NCBI GenBank assembly: GCA_010909165.1
Contig: MU008161.1
Location: forward strand, 620,001 to 684,000
Direction of reading: 5' to 3'
Length of the DNA: 64,000 nt
From: Anthoceros angustus
Taxonomy: Eukaryota; Plantae; Anthocerotophyta
Shown here: positions 12,501 to 24,995 of the stretch, in pieces
Layout of the letters: each line of letters starts with the position of its first letter
Numbering within the stretch: position 1 is the stretch's first letter
The notes under the pieces: generated by a model
What the model was told of the DNA's origin: nothing
Database searches by the model: none
What the model saw: the letters and a program-made list of their open reading frames with translations, nothing else
Position numbers and translations under genes: made by a program

Positions 12501-13163
12501 TCCACGAGAATCCCCCACATAGACCAACTGCTTCTCATTCTGACTTTGATAGGTAGAGAACAGGAGTCTATTGTTACAGACATGGGCCGTTGCCCCAGAG
12601 TCTATGAACCAAAGTGGGGAGACTTCACGAAAAGAAGTAAGGCAGACCGTGAGAACAGAAGAACTACTCTTAGCAGCGGCCTGCGAGGAAGATCCCTTGG
12701 AAGCCACATGAACTAAAGGTTTGGAATCCTTCCGAGGCTCACCAGCCTTCTTCTTGACAATCTCTAGTTCCCGGTTGAATTTTGACACCATTCGGTACCT
12801 TCACGTTTAGCGGCGGGGGGCAGTGTTGGGTACTTTCTTCTTCCCTTGTCTCTCCCTGTCCAAACGTTTTCCCTTGGATGCAACAAGGACCTTATCATGC
12901 GCACCCTTGCGGTGCCACCGGATCGTGTCCTACTCTGTTCCTCTTGATGTAGGCGCCAATGAGCTCATTGAGGGTAGAGTGGAGTGAGTTCCGACTTTCA
13001 CTGCGGATGCGAGCATAGCGAAGAATTTTGACTTGAGACAAATTCTTGATAGGAGGAGGAGGCTGGATGAGAAGGTGAGCCACAACATCAATATCCTCAA
13101 GCTTGCTTCAAGCATGAAAACTGCCTTGGGGTATCTAAATTCTTGATGTCGCTCCTATAGTGT
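9540..13163 (-). pseudogene. Copia B pol and gag C-terminus, frameshifted (RNase H, RT, integrase, protease)
   Basis: SSTEAEY...CDNMGAI...HARTKHIE (RH, 9617-9844); YGDTFSPVVK...QMDV...YGLKQSPRAWY (RT); LRTDNGGEF and YWAEAIVTATYILNR (IN); ELVHADIAG (IN N-terminal part); WFIDSGATAHVC (protease). Confidence 0.9.
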
Positions 13164-16100
13164 TGTGGCGGGACTTTTCTTTGATGGCCGGCAGCGCGCC
13201 ACAATCCGTGTCGTTGTAGGAAGAAGTCCGTTCCCAAAGGGAATGATAGGCCCGTTTACGCGTTTGGTGATTCTTAGTCCTTAGCGCTCGTTCGGTCTCA
13301 ACTCACACATACTCCTAACTACTCTGGCGTTCCGTCTGAGGCCGGTATGGCCAAGCGTTTGAGACCCGTTCGCGTCCGTATCGTTCACATACATCCTTCA
13401 CGCATCCGGTCCTTTCCTCTCTCCTCTCACGCTACACTCTTGATCTTAGAAAAGGCAGTTCTGTGATCAGGACCTCCTCGTCGTTCCGGGCCTCTCCGGC
13501 TCTCACACCCTCGGAGTTCCTCCGGCTCACGCGTTCGGTCCGTTCGGTGTCGGGCGGCTCGGGCGAGCCGGATCACCGATCACCCTTCCTGCACACACCA
13601 CAGCGTTAAGTCGTCACGGGACCTTGATCAATCTCCCGGGCATCGTGCACCTTTCGGTGACTCGGGACTCACGTTAGCAAGAAGACTCACAAAGGTGCAG
13701 AGCGGCATCAACACCAAGAGAGATGCTTTACTAGGCGGCCCCTCTTATCTGCGCCCAAGGTGGCGTCTTTATTACCCCTATTACGGCGATAGCCATTTCG
13801 GTATACCTAATCGGCCTACCGCCTATCCCCCTATCTCCTTCGCCAGGTGTGGGAAGGTCACAGGCCCCTCCTCGGAATGGGTGGTCAATCCCCGTCGGCG
13901 GTTGTGGTGCACCCAATCGGATGATCCGTGAGGCGGGGCCCCTCCTCTCCGGAATCACAGCCGGGTTGGGCTCGTGATCGACAACGCCGTTACCACGGCG
14001 TCATCCTCCTGGCCCCTCCACAGGTCCTTGGCCGGTGGGGCCACCGCTCGGCTCCCCTAGCGTAAGTCGAAGGGGCTCCTCCTTCTTCTTGCGGCCGGTC
14101 CTCGAGGTCTGTCTCGACTCACAGAACTTGAGTCAGGCTTATTCGGTCGGCTAGGTCAGACCTTGTCTCAGGTCCGGACCTCGGTCGGTTGTTCCGGACT
14201 TAGTCGGACTTGAGTCCGGACTTGAGTCGGACTTATTCAGTCCGGACTTGAGGTCCGGCCTCCCTCGAGTCGGACAAAGTCCGGACTCCACGCCCCGGGT
14301 TTCCTCCCTCACGGGACTCCTCCGTGGCTCTCCTCGAAGTCCTCCATGTTCCCGATCGCCCGGTGACTCGCCGTTGGCCCCTCCTTCCATGGTGAGGTGC
14401 GGGGTGCTTACCTCGATCGCATCCGCTCCCTCGTTCTGCTCCTCGGTTGCTCCTCTCCGCTCCGTCATCTCAAAGCGGGGCCACTAGGGTCCCTGTCTTG
14501 TCCCGTGGCCTTCATCTCCTTGAGCCTTCCGGTCCGTCCCGTTTGCGGCGGCGTCGAGGCTTCTCGCCCCGGGAGCTCGGCGTGGTAATAGGCAAAGTCA
14601 GATCGACTTGTTGGTGCCTCTTCCACGTGTGCGGGCACCGATACTCCCTCGCCATAAGTGTTAGGCGTCTTGCTTTCTTGTTGGGCCACCTCTCTGCCCA
14701 GTTGTGTGGGCCGGGTATCACGTGAGGCTACAAGGCGGCCTCGGTCACCTCCTGCATTTGCAGTGCTCCCTTTGCTCCGGCTCCGTCGTTTCCTTTCCGC
14801 CATGACTTACCGCCATAGCGCGGCGTTCCCTTCCGCCTTTCTCGGTGGACCGGCTTCTTTTACTTCCGTGCTCGCGCTCCGTTCATTACGGCCTTTAGCT
14901 CATGACTCCCTCTCAGGCGGTGGATACCTCCGTCCGACTCGGGACTTCCTCCGGCTCATACGCAGCAGCGTCCAACTCCTTGGATAGTCGCGATTTTCCT
15001 CCGTCTTGAGCCAGACGGGCACTCTTTCGTGCTCGGTGGATTCTCTGAGAATCACTGCTTGCTCAAGCGCATCTTGGGTTGTAGCTCAGCGTGTCCTTCA
15101 TCCATCTGCTGCGCCTCCTTCTACCTCCGGTGCCGGAGATCCCCTATCTCCCGAGTCTTGGCCCTTACTGCTCCATAGCCGCTTTGTGCGGCCTTGAGTT
15201 AGCCTCGGTCTGCGTGTCTCTCCACGGTTCGATCACGTCATGGTGATCCGGTCGCTCTTCGTGACTTGGCTCCTTCGCCGCCTTTACAGGCCTCGCCCAC
15301 TTGGCCCTCTGGCCGGGCCGCCTCCGCCCGGTCGAGCTCTCTGCTTGTGCCGGGCCTCTTCCGCCTCTGCTGCGCTTCCCCTCTTAGCAGGTCCTCCGCG
15401 CTTGGGCCTCTGAGCTTGCTTGGTGTGCTGGTGAAGAACCTTAACCCGATCTGTGAACCGCCGGGCCTCGCTCCGCCACCCGGCGTTCCCTTCCTCGATC
15501 CGGCGAGGACTCCGCCTTTCCTTTGCCCCTCGGCGCCTTCACTTGCTCTTGGGTTCCACCATCCTCCTCCGGTGGCCTCCACTTCACAGGTCTTCTCCTG
15601 TACCACGAGACCCCAAAGCATTCCGTCCATGGTAGCAGGACTCGCCGTGTTTCTTCCACGGCCGCGAGTGAGGCCCCACAAAGTCCGTAGTGGGGCCGGC
15701 ATTTCTCGATCCAGGACCTCCATACCTTGATCGGAGTAAGTCGGTGGGTTCTCGGACCTAATCGGGACCCTCGGGTCACAGTGGTGGTCGAGTCTCACCC
15801 TCTTGGCCCTCTTGGCCTCTAACTCCTTTGTGCCCTCTTTCTCCTCAGGGCTCGGAGGAGGTGAGGGGTCGGGAGCAAGCTCTTTTGCCCCTTCACAGCC
15901 GGGGCAGGACCGGCTCGAGGTGGGGCTGGCCGGTGACCTCCTGCTCCTTGGGCCACGTCCTTCGCCCTCCTTACGCCTCTTGACCTCTTGCCACTCCGTG
16001 GGCGGGGTAATCCGGCACCTCGAGGTCTTTGCGTTGGTAAGCGGCACCGTCTTCGCCTCTTGGCTCCCAGTTCGTCGGGGCTCGGCGGTGGTTGTTGTGG

Positions 16101-19100
16101 CTGTTGTTACACGGTGCGGGCCGCCAGCGCCCTCGGCATCGGCTCCTCCTTGCGTGCTCGGAGGGCACCAAAAGGAGGAAGAATCGCCTCCCAAACTTCC
16201 ACAGGTGGTGAGGGGTTCGCTCGGGCGTATGGAGTCGAATCCTCCCGATCGTCCTCCTCCGAGTCCCCAGGGCGACCCCCACCTCAGGCGCCCTTGCACG
16301 CTCTACTTACAGGGCCTCCGGCCCCCGGGCGCCCGCTCAAGCTCTCCTCCTTGAGAGCTCGAAATGTCCCCATACATGAATCGGTATGGGGTCGGCCCGA
16401 TGGCGAGGCTTCTCGCTCCTTAGCTTGCGTGCCTCCCCAGGCAGGCGAAGATAATCCTTCCCAGTCCGCTCTCTTCCCATGGGCGCATGCGAGAATACCA
16501 GCAGGTTATCACCAAGGTGATCCACCTTGGTGGCGAGTTCAATGGACAATGATCCGGGCTACGCCCTTACTCGGATCCGGCGGATCGGATATCAACCATC
16601 CGTTGGTTGTCCGCTGCGTTCGAGCCTCGGCATCGCGTGGCGCCCTATCTTCGCCTTAAGGGGCTCGGCACCACGCCCCTTCTTCCTCCTTGGGCGGTTG
16701 TAGGCCATCCTCGGGACCTCAAGGTCCATCGCCTCGGGTCCTCCGGAGGTTCTTGGATCGGACCTCCTTGTTGATCGCCGCCCGGCATCTTCGGGCAAAC
16801 TCCGGACTAGAGTAGCGTTGTCAAAGGTCGAGACCATTTGGAACACGTCGGATGCCACTCCTGCACCAATTCCCTTCCTCCGGCCGGGGCCGAAGTCCGG
16901 ATAGCGCGGGTCACAATGTTGCGCTCCACGGTCCATGGCTCCCAGACTTCCGTCGGCTTTTGGGTGCCATTGCTTTCTCCTCCTCTTGTTCTTTGTAGGC
17001 TGGCGGCGGTCGGCGCACGATGTTCCTCCCGCGCGTTATTGCTCCAACCTTGTGATGCGCCACGCTCTAAAAGGCGCCCAAAAAATGCGAGCGGATTGCG
17101 GGCGCAAGGCTGTGAGGGATGCGGAGGCTGCCGTGAAATGACCTCCTCCTTGGCGCGCTTGTGGAAATGCTGGGCGGAAGGCGCCTCTTCGTTGTCCGTG
17201 CGCGAGTGCATGGCTTACGACCCGCTTACTGCGGCCTTACGCCCGCGCGGGCGTGAATACTGCCTGCGGCCTGCAGCAAGTTACGGTCACGGCCTCGCAT
17301 GCCCGACCTCCACTCGGGGCGTCCACGTGGCGCCGCCTCGTCATCCTCACGCCTCGCTCCTGGGTTACTTTCCTGGCGTACTTATCCTATTTTGACACAG
17401 GTGGGTTCGGACTTATCCGTTACTCGGCGTAGTCAGCTTGCCATAGTGGTGCAGGGGTCCGTTGTTCACTCCAGTCGGAGTATACTCGGAGCCTCGTCCA
17501 AGCGCTACCCCAATTTATTCCTATTCCTCCTTTATTTATCCTTCAATCCTAAAAAACAAAACCCTACTTATTTCCTAACTCCCTGGAAGTGCATAGCCCA
17601 CATACTCCCTTCTCATCCGCTACGCCTCCGCCAACACTAAGCATGATACTTCTTCACCGCCACCCGCTCACCCGAGTGGGCAACAGCCTCCATCTAGCCG
17701 TGAATGGATTTTGCTGTCATATACTTGCACCACTTGGTACGGACCCATCCATCTCGTGTGAAGTTTGCTCGAAAATGCATGTGACGACTATCATAAGGAG
17801 GGCCAGTCCCTTCCTTTACATACTCCCGAGGCGATCGGCCAAATCTTCACCGGTTTTGCACCAATCGCATCTTCACCGAGCTTCTTCCCTGCCCCTCCGT
17901 AGGCCGTGACAAACCCCAAGAGTCGCCGAGCCGGCTTTCCTCCTCCGCTGCCTTCCATCATTACTCGAAAAGTGGGCACTTCGCCTATTATTCCAGGTCC
18001 AAAATGTATAGGGACTCTTGCTTCTTCTTGGGGATACTCTTCCTCGCTAGAGACCTCCTTCTTCTTCGGGACGACCGCCCTCTGAGACACCTCCGATTGG
18101 TCTCCTCTCAAGACTCTTCCTCCTGAGTCTCGAACCCCGCTTTCTTCTTCTTCTTGCCTCCTTGAGCGGATTTCTTTATCCTCCTCGATGTAGCGATTCC
18201 TCGTAGTGCCGCCTCGACCGCCTTTGCCCACCTTCGCCCGGCCAGCAGACGTGCTCGCCATGGGTTTGGCTAGACCGCCGCCAACCACCGTGCAGCATCG
18301 TGGTATGGGTTGGATGCCGATCCTCGTGCATAGAACTGGCGCCGCTCTCCTTCTTCCTCGCCTGATTTTCCAACTTTGATAATACATACCCCTCCCGGTC
18401 GATCCTCGAAACCGCTCTAAGAAGGCATTTTCAAAGCTTCAAACGAGGCGGGGCATTCTCCTGGTCGATTTCTCCGACCATTGAGCACTGCCCCTCTGAG
18501 AACCCCTTGAAAAGCTGGATGAGTGGCCGCCTCCTCCGCTGAAGTTGGCTTTGGACACGAAGTCCTCCACAAAGGTCTCCGTGATCCCGCCTCCTTCTTC
18601 CCTCCGAATATGGAGTACGCTTGTTTGGTCGAGGTAGGGGCCATGGTCAGCCATCAAAGGCGTGGCGCCCTACCTTCTTCCGCTACGCCCTCGCACTTCG
18701 TGACTGCCTTGGTGGTCCGACACGACCACGCCTCTCCTCCTCGATCGACGCGCTGGGTTTGACGCCTCTCTCTCCCTGCTCGGAGAGCACGCGAGGTGAC
18801 CACGTCCGATCCTCCCGACGGTTCACTCTGACCGCCGACCGCCACGCATTCACTTACCTTCTTCCTAAGGACGACTTTCACGCATCGATTTCATTCCGCA
18901 ACGCGCCAAAATGTGGCGTGACTTTGCGATGGCCAGGCCGCACAATCCCGTGTCGTAGGAAGAAGTCCGCTCAAGGGAATGATAGGCCCGCATCGCTGCT
19001 TCTGTGTGATTCTCACCCGCTTAGCGCTGCTCACCCTCAACACACACATACTCCTAACTACTCACAACGCTCACCGACAGCCCTGTGATGGCTAAACGCT

Positions 19101-22100
19101 TAGGAGGACCCGTCAGATCGCTCACATACATCCTCACGATCCTTCTTTCCTCTCTCCTCTCACGCTACACTCTTCGCCTTAGAAAAGACGCTGGTGCCGA
19201 CCTCCTCCGCTGCTCCGCCTCCGTCCGGCTCTACACCCTCCCGAGTTCCTCCGGCCACGCTCCGCTGCGGACCGCTGCCCGGACGAGCACGATCACCGCC
19301 ACCCTTCCCCGCACACACCACAACGCTAAGTCCGCCACGGACCTTGATCAATCTCCCGAGCTGCCGTGCTCGCCTGACTCAGACTCACGTTAGCAAGAAG
19401 ACTCACAAAGGTCCGCAAGAACGCGCATCAACACCAAGAGAAAGATGCTTTACTAGAGCACCTCTTCTTATATCGCCCAAGGTGGCGCCTTTATTACACC
19501 CCTATTCGAGCCGAGATAGCAGATACCCTAATCCGCCTACCATCCTCCCCCTATCTCCTTCGCCGACCGCTGGAAGGTCCTGGCCCCGCCGGAATGGGTG
19601 GTCCAACTCGTCCCCGACATTGTGGTGCACCCAATCGGATGATCCGTGAGGCGGGCCCTCCTCTCCCAATCCTTATACGGCGTGGTTCGACAACCGCCAC
19701 ACGACGCCATCCTCCTCGGCCCCTCGGGTCCTTCACGGGGCCACACGCCATCGGCCCTAGCGTAAGTCGGGCTCCTCCATCGCCGCCCGGCCCCTCGAGG
19801 TCTGCCTCGACTCAACTCGTGAGTCCGCTTATTTCGGGTCCGGCCAGGTCCGACCTTGCTCGGGTCCGGACCTCGTGGTCCGGATGACACGGGGTCCTGA
19901 CGGTCCGGACTTACACGGTCCGACTTGTGGTCCGGACTTATTACCGAGGTCCGACTGTGGTCCGGCCTCCCGGACAGTCCGACGCCCACCTGCTCTCCTC
20001 ACGGACTCCTCCGTGGCTCTCCTCAAGTCCTCCCACTGCTCCCGATCGCCTGGGTGACTCTGGCCCTCCTTCCATGGTGAGGTGCGGGGTGCTTACCGGA
20101 TCCGCCCGCCCTCGCTCGCCTCCTCCTGCTCCTCCGCCTCCCGCTATCTCCAAACAGGCCACTAGGGTCCCTGCTGCCCCTGCTGGCCTTCATCTCCTTC
20201 TCGAGCCTTCCAGGGTCCGTCTGCTGCGCCGGGCCGCCGAGAGGCTTCTATCGCCTTCGTGGAGCTCAGTAATAGGCAAAGTCCGAATCGACTTGTTGAA
20301 TTGCTCTTCCACGGGTGCCCGAGCACCCGATACTCCCTCCGCCATAAGTGTTCCGGAGCCGGGCGCTTGTTGGGCCACCTCTCCCGCCAGATTTGACACC
20401 GGTCAGATCACGCGAGGCTACAAGGCGGCCTCACACCTCCCCGCACTGCTGCCCCGCCCAGCCTCCGCTGCTTCCTTCCATCGCCACCACTCCGCCATAG
20501 CGCAGCTGCTCCTTCCGCCTTTCTCACTGGACCAGTTTCTCGCTTCCGGCTCGCCTCCGCTCATTCTGCCTTTACCGCCACCCTCCAAAGGCCGACACCG
20601 TCCGACCCCGACTTCCTCAGCCTTCAGAGCCCGGCAACGCCCAACTCGATAGTCGCCGATTTTCCTCCGCCTTCGACGGAGCCGAGGCACTGCTTCGCTC
20701 GAGGTCGTGGATTCTCTCGCTGAGAATCACCGCCGCCTCCGACGATCTTGGAGTTGTAGCTCCAGGTCCTTGCTGCCTCCATCCGCCGCCGCCTTCTACT
20801 GCACTGCATTTCTGAGATCCCTATCTCCCGAGGCTCGCCTCCATAGCCGCGCCTTCGAGTTAGCCTCGCCGTCCGACTCTTCCACCGGCCCGATCACGCC
20901 TCAGTGATCCTGCCGCTTGCCGCGCTCCGACCGCTTTTACCTGGCCTCGCCCACTTGGCGCCGCTTAGCCGGCCGCCTCCGCCAGTCCCGAGCTCACAGT
21001 GCCCGGCCTCTTCCGCCTCCCCGCCTTCGCCGCAAAGGTCCTCCGCCCGCTAGCTTGCTTCACTGCTCAGACAAAAGAACCTCCCCCCCGAACCGCCTCG
21101 GCCCCGGCTCACCCTTCCTCGATCCGAGCGAGGGACTCCGCCTTTCCTTTGCCCCTCCGCCTTCACTTGCTCTTGAGTTCCACCATCCTCCTCCGGTGGC
21201 CTCCACTTCGGGTCTTCTCCACTGCACTGAGACCCCAAAGCATTCCTCCAGACGGTAGCTGCCGTGTTTCTTCCACACGTGAGGCCCCACAAAGTCCGTG
21301 AGGGAGCCGCATTTCTCATCCAAGGACCTCCATACCCGAGTAAGTCCGACTGGGTTCTCCTGACCTAATCAGACCTCAGTCCCGAGTGGTGAGGTCCGAG
21401 TCTCACCCTCTTGGCCCTCTTGGCCTCTAACTCCTTTGTGCCCTCTTTCTCCTGGGCCTTGAGGAGGTGAGGGGGTCCGGAGCAAGTCTTTTGCCCCTTC
21501 CTGGGACAGTGACCGGGCCGGGCCGCTGACCTCCTCGCCTCCTTGGGCCACGCCCTTTCTCGCCTCCACCGCCTGCCTCTTGCCACCTGCAAGGTGGTGG
21601 GTACGCACCTTCCGAGGTGCGGCTGGTAGGCGGCACTGCCTTCCGCCTCGGCCCCGCCGAGTTCGTGGCCGCAGCCCGCCGCCGTGGTTGACGCTGGTGC
21701 CGGAGCCGCCAACGCCTCCAGACGCCTCCCCGTGCCTACCGCCCGCACCAAAAGGAGGAAGGGAATCGCCTCCCAAACTTCCCTGGTGAGGGGTTCGCCC
21801 AGACGATGGAGTCCGAATCCCTCCGCCCTCCTCCCGAGTCCGCTGGTCTTCAAGGACGACCCCCCACCCGCGCCTTGCACGCCTACTCGGGTGGCCTCCC
21901 GAGCGCCTGCCAAGCTCTCCCTCCTTCAGAGCTCAAATGTCCCCATACATGAATCGTATGGGTCACCGATGGCGAGGCTTCGCCCTTAGCTTGCGCTCCT
22001 CGATCGAACCGGCGAAGATAATCCTTCCTCACTTCCTACCGGAGCGCATGCAGAATACTAACAGTTATCACCAAGGTGATCCACCTTGAGCGAGTGTTCC

Positions 22101-23132
22101 AATGGACAATGATCCGCCCTTACTCGACCGCCCAGCCAGACGGATATCAACCATCCGCTGGTTGTCCGCCGCCTGTGCCTCAAGATCGCCACCGTGGTCG
22201 GCCCTATCTTCCCCTTCGCCTTAAGGGGCCTGCACCACGCCCCTTCTTCCTCCTTCTAAGGCTAGGCCATCCTCGTGGACCTCCAAGGTCCATCGCCTGG
22301 TCCTCCCGAGGTTCTTGGATCGACCTCCTTGTTGATCCAAGATCTTCCGCAAACTCCCGACTAGAGTGACGCTGTCAAAGGTCCGCACCATTTGGAACAC
22401 GCCCCAGATGCCACTCGCACCAATCGCCTCCCAAGTCCGGAGTCGCCGGTCACAATGTTGCCCACGAGGGTCCATGGCTCCTGCACGGCTTTTGGGTGCC
22501 ATTGCTTCTCCTCCTCTGTTGCCGAGCCGGGCCGAGTCCCGGCACGATGTTCCTCCTTCGCTCACGCTCCAACCTCGACGGCGCCACGCCTAAGCGACCG
22601 GGCCCAAAAGATAGCGCCAGAGAGCCGGATTGGAGCGCAAGGGACCGTGGAGGATTGTCTGAGGTCAGCAGAAATGACCTCCTCCTGGCCGCCAGGAAGT
22701 AATCACGGGCGGAAGGCGCTGTCCAGAATCGCTGTGGGTCCGCATGGCGACCCCACGCCTGCTTACTCCACGCAGCCAAGAATACCGCTATAACGGCCTC
22801 GCAAGGTTACGGCCCGCCTCATCGCATGCCCGACCTCCACTCTGGCCGCCCACGTGGCGCCTGTCTGCCCTCACGCCCGCCTCCTAGGTTACTTTCATGA
22901 TTTATCCTATTTTGACTGGAGTGGGTTCCGGACTTATCCTTACATTCGCGTAGTCCCGAGCTTGCCATAGTGGTACCGGGGTCCGTTGTTCACTCCAGAG
23001 TCCGAGTATACTCCCGAGCCTCGTCCAAGCGCCACCCCAATTTATTCCTCCTTTTCCGCCTTATTTATCCTTCAATCCTAAAAAAACAGAAACCCTACTT
23101 ATTTCCTAACTCCTGTGGAAGTATAGCCCACA
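13164..23132 (-). mobile_element. Athila-like Ty3/Gypsy non-autonomous element: two ~4.3 kb LTRs around a 1.3 kb gag-only interior
   Basis: Direct repeats 13164-17602 and 18912-23132 both run TGTGGCG...GCCCACA. On the minus strand a PPT (GAGAAGGGAGTA) precedes 17602 and a PBS-like TGGCGCGTTGCGG (tRNA-Asp-like) follows 18912. The element interrupts Copia B gag. Confidence 0.8.
17650..18700 (-). pseudogene. Degenerate Gypsy gag (retrotransposon gag domain)
   Basis: Frames join into AYSIFGGK...ETFVEDF...SFENAFLERFRGS...ENQARKKES, resembling the F..AFL.RF core of retrotransposon gag. No RT, RH or IN motifs between the LTRs. Confidence 0.6.
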
Positions 23133-23560
23133 TGTGCGCTCCTATGTGTCTCCTTCCTTCATCCTTAAACCATAGAAGTCATTTCGCAAAGAACTAAGGT
23201 GAGGATGTTTTGGTACTTGATAGGTGTCCTTCGCTCAGACGCTTACCGTAGCTTGGTAGAAACTCAATCGTCACAAAGGGCTCTATCCAAACCAGATAGC
23301 AAATGGCAAATGCAATTTTGTTGCCTTTGTTGAATTTGGCTATCTCTTCGTAATGTAATCCGGTATCCGGTTGGGAATTGAGCCATCCACAAATTCCCAA
23401 ACATCACGTGCATCCGTAAAGGCCTTCATCCTAGCTCGCCATGACTCTCGTACCTAAGTGGTTTTCCATCAAACATGTCACTTTTCTTAAATTCCCCTTT
23501 GTAGATGTTCCTCCGGCCATTTTGATCAAAAGCAGGAGGTGGAGAAGAAAGAAGAAGCCG
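23133..23560 (-). pseudogene. Copia B gag N-terminal part
   Basis: FDGK...RARMKAFTDARDVWEFVDGS...EIAKFNKGNKIAFAI...FYGLRMKEG, continuing after the Gypsy insertion at 13163. Confidence 0.8.
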
Positions 23561-24590
23561 AGAAGCGAAAGTTAAGAAAATCTACTTGATCTCCTGCCCT
23601 CTTCTAAGTCATCACTAAAATCCCACCAATATCCAGACATAAACTGGAATAAATAATGTTGGCTGGAGAAGAATAACAAAGATATGAAGAGGGGGCAGCA
23701 AACTGAAGGAGAGTTGAAGGGGTACTAACACTTAACTAATAACGTTTCAGTTTTTGTGTTTTTAGGGTTATCAGAAAATAAAGAGGACAGGTGGAAACTA
23801 AAGTTAGGGCACCTTTCCAGGTGGCTCCCTGCACCAACCGCCACCAAGTCCCGTGACACCTCTTGAGGCCGAAACAAGATGCTTTGCATCCGGCCAAGTT
23901 CACAAGCAATCCGAAATTCACGACTTAGGCACACAATCACAGTAAGAAATTACGCTACCCTTTGAAGCCTCCTCACGCCGTTGCTTGAGGCTAGGGGCTG
24001 ATCAGTGGATCTCTCGCCGAGAAAGCCAAAGTTACGCGAGTTAAGTGTTCAGAAACAACAATTCATCTCTGTGGCACAGGATCTCTTGAAGTCTTCTATA
24101 CCAGGTAATCTACCAGCCAATTGTGTAGAAACTCTCATCGCCAAATTTTACGTAGATCGAAGGCGGAATTTAGAAGTCATCAAGCCGTATATATGGTCAA
24201 CAAACTCCAAACTTGGTCTTGACCGATGTATTGCGATTATACACCCTTGAGCGGTGAATCACGAGGGGCCGCGACGGGAAGGCAAGACAACAATTCTTAC
24301 ATGATTGTGTCGAACTCCTAGGGCGTCGGAACTCGGAACTTGCTCAAGTGTCCGATCCACACGAATTTGTTGTCTAGTGCACGAGCTTTAAGATGATCAG
24401 CGGAATTAGAAATAAATTAGATCCTCGAGCACGCCCACTCCTCAGCGTCATTGCTCTTCTACTTACATGTTCGATTAAACTCGAGGCATTATGTAACGCT
24501 AGAAGCCTAAGGGTCCTAGAATACTAGCAAGTCTACAATATATAGAAAGACAAGATTTGATCTAGCATATATTCAGACATTGAGCACAGT

Positions 24591-24772
24591 GCTCTGATAC
24601 CATGAAACTTTTATTTGCGGAAGCTAGTTGTATTCTGAAGGAATAAAAGCAATTAATTGAAGTTGAATACAAAATTGTCTTAAGTACTTCATGCAGTGTG
24701 ACTATTCAACCTATATATTAAAATAACTAAATAATAACTGGTAGGTTAATAAGAACCTTTCACATTTTAACA
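24591..24772 (-). repeat. Copia B 5' LTR (170 bp) and tRNA-iMet primer-binding site
   Basis: GCTCTGATACCA at 24591-24602 (TGGTATCAGAGC on minus) abuts the LTR copy at 24603-24772. Confidence 0.92.
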
Positions 24773-24957
24773 ATTATTGGGCGTTATTTGGGCACCATTG
24801 TATGGCCAACCATTGTCGGGCATTGGGCACCATTGTTGGGCGTTGGGCGCCATTATTGTTGGGCGTTATTTGGGCACCATTCTATGGCTAGCCACTATCG
24901 GGCGTTGGGCGCCATTATTGTTGGGCGTTAATTGGGCGCCATAATTCTTTCATAATC

Positions 24958-24995
24958 CTTTCATTCAATCTTCCGGCCGGAAGATTGAATGAAAG
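24958..24995. repeat. Perfect 38-bp palindrome (second copy at 27148-27185)
   Basis: CTTTCATTCAATCTTCCGG|CCGGAAGATTGAATGAAAG is its own reverse complement. Confidence 0.97.

Larger units (their letters stand above)
7943..24772 (-). mobile_element. Full-length Ty1/Copia element B with a nested insertion; ATTAT target-site duplication
   Basis: TG...CA LTRs at 7943-8126 and 24603-24772; ATTAT at 7938-7942 and 24773-24777; PBS and PPT in the correct positions; gag-PR-IN-RT-RH order on the minus strand. Confidence 0.93.

Noticed and set aside
13695-23000. Dozens of 60-240 aa six-frame ORFs as independent genes
   Set aside because: They overlap on both strands in GC-rich LTR DNA, are Arg/Pro/Gly/Ser-rich and are not conserved in frame between the two LTRs.
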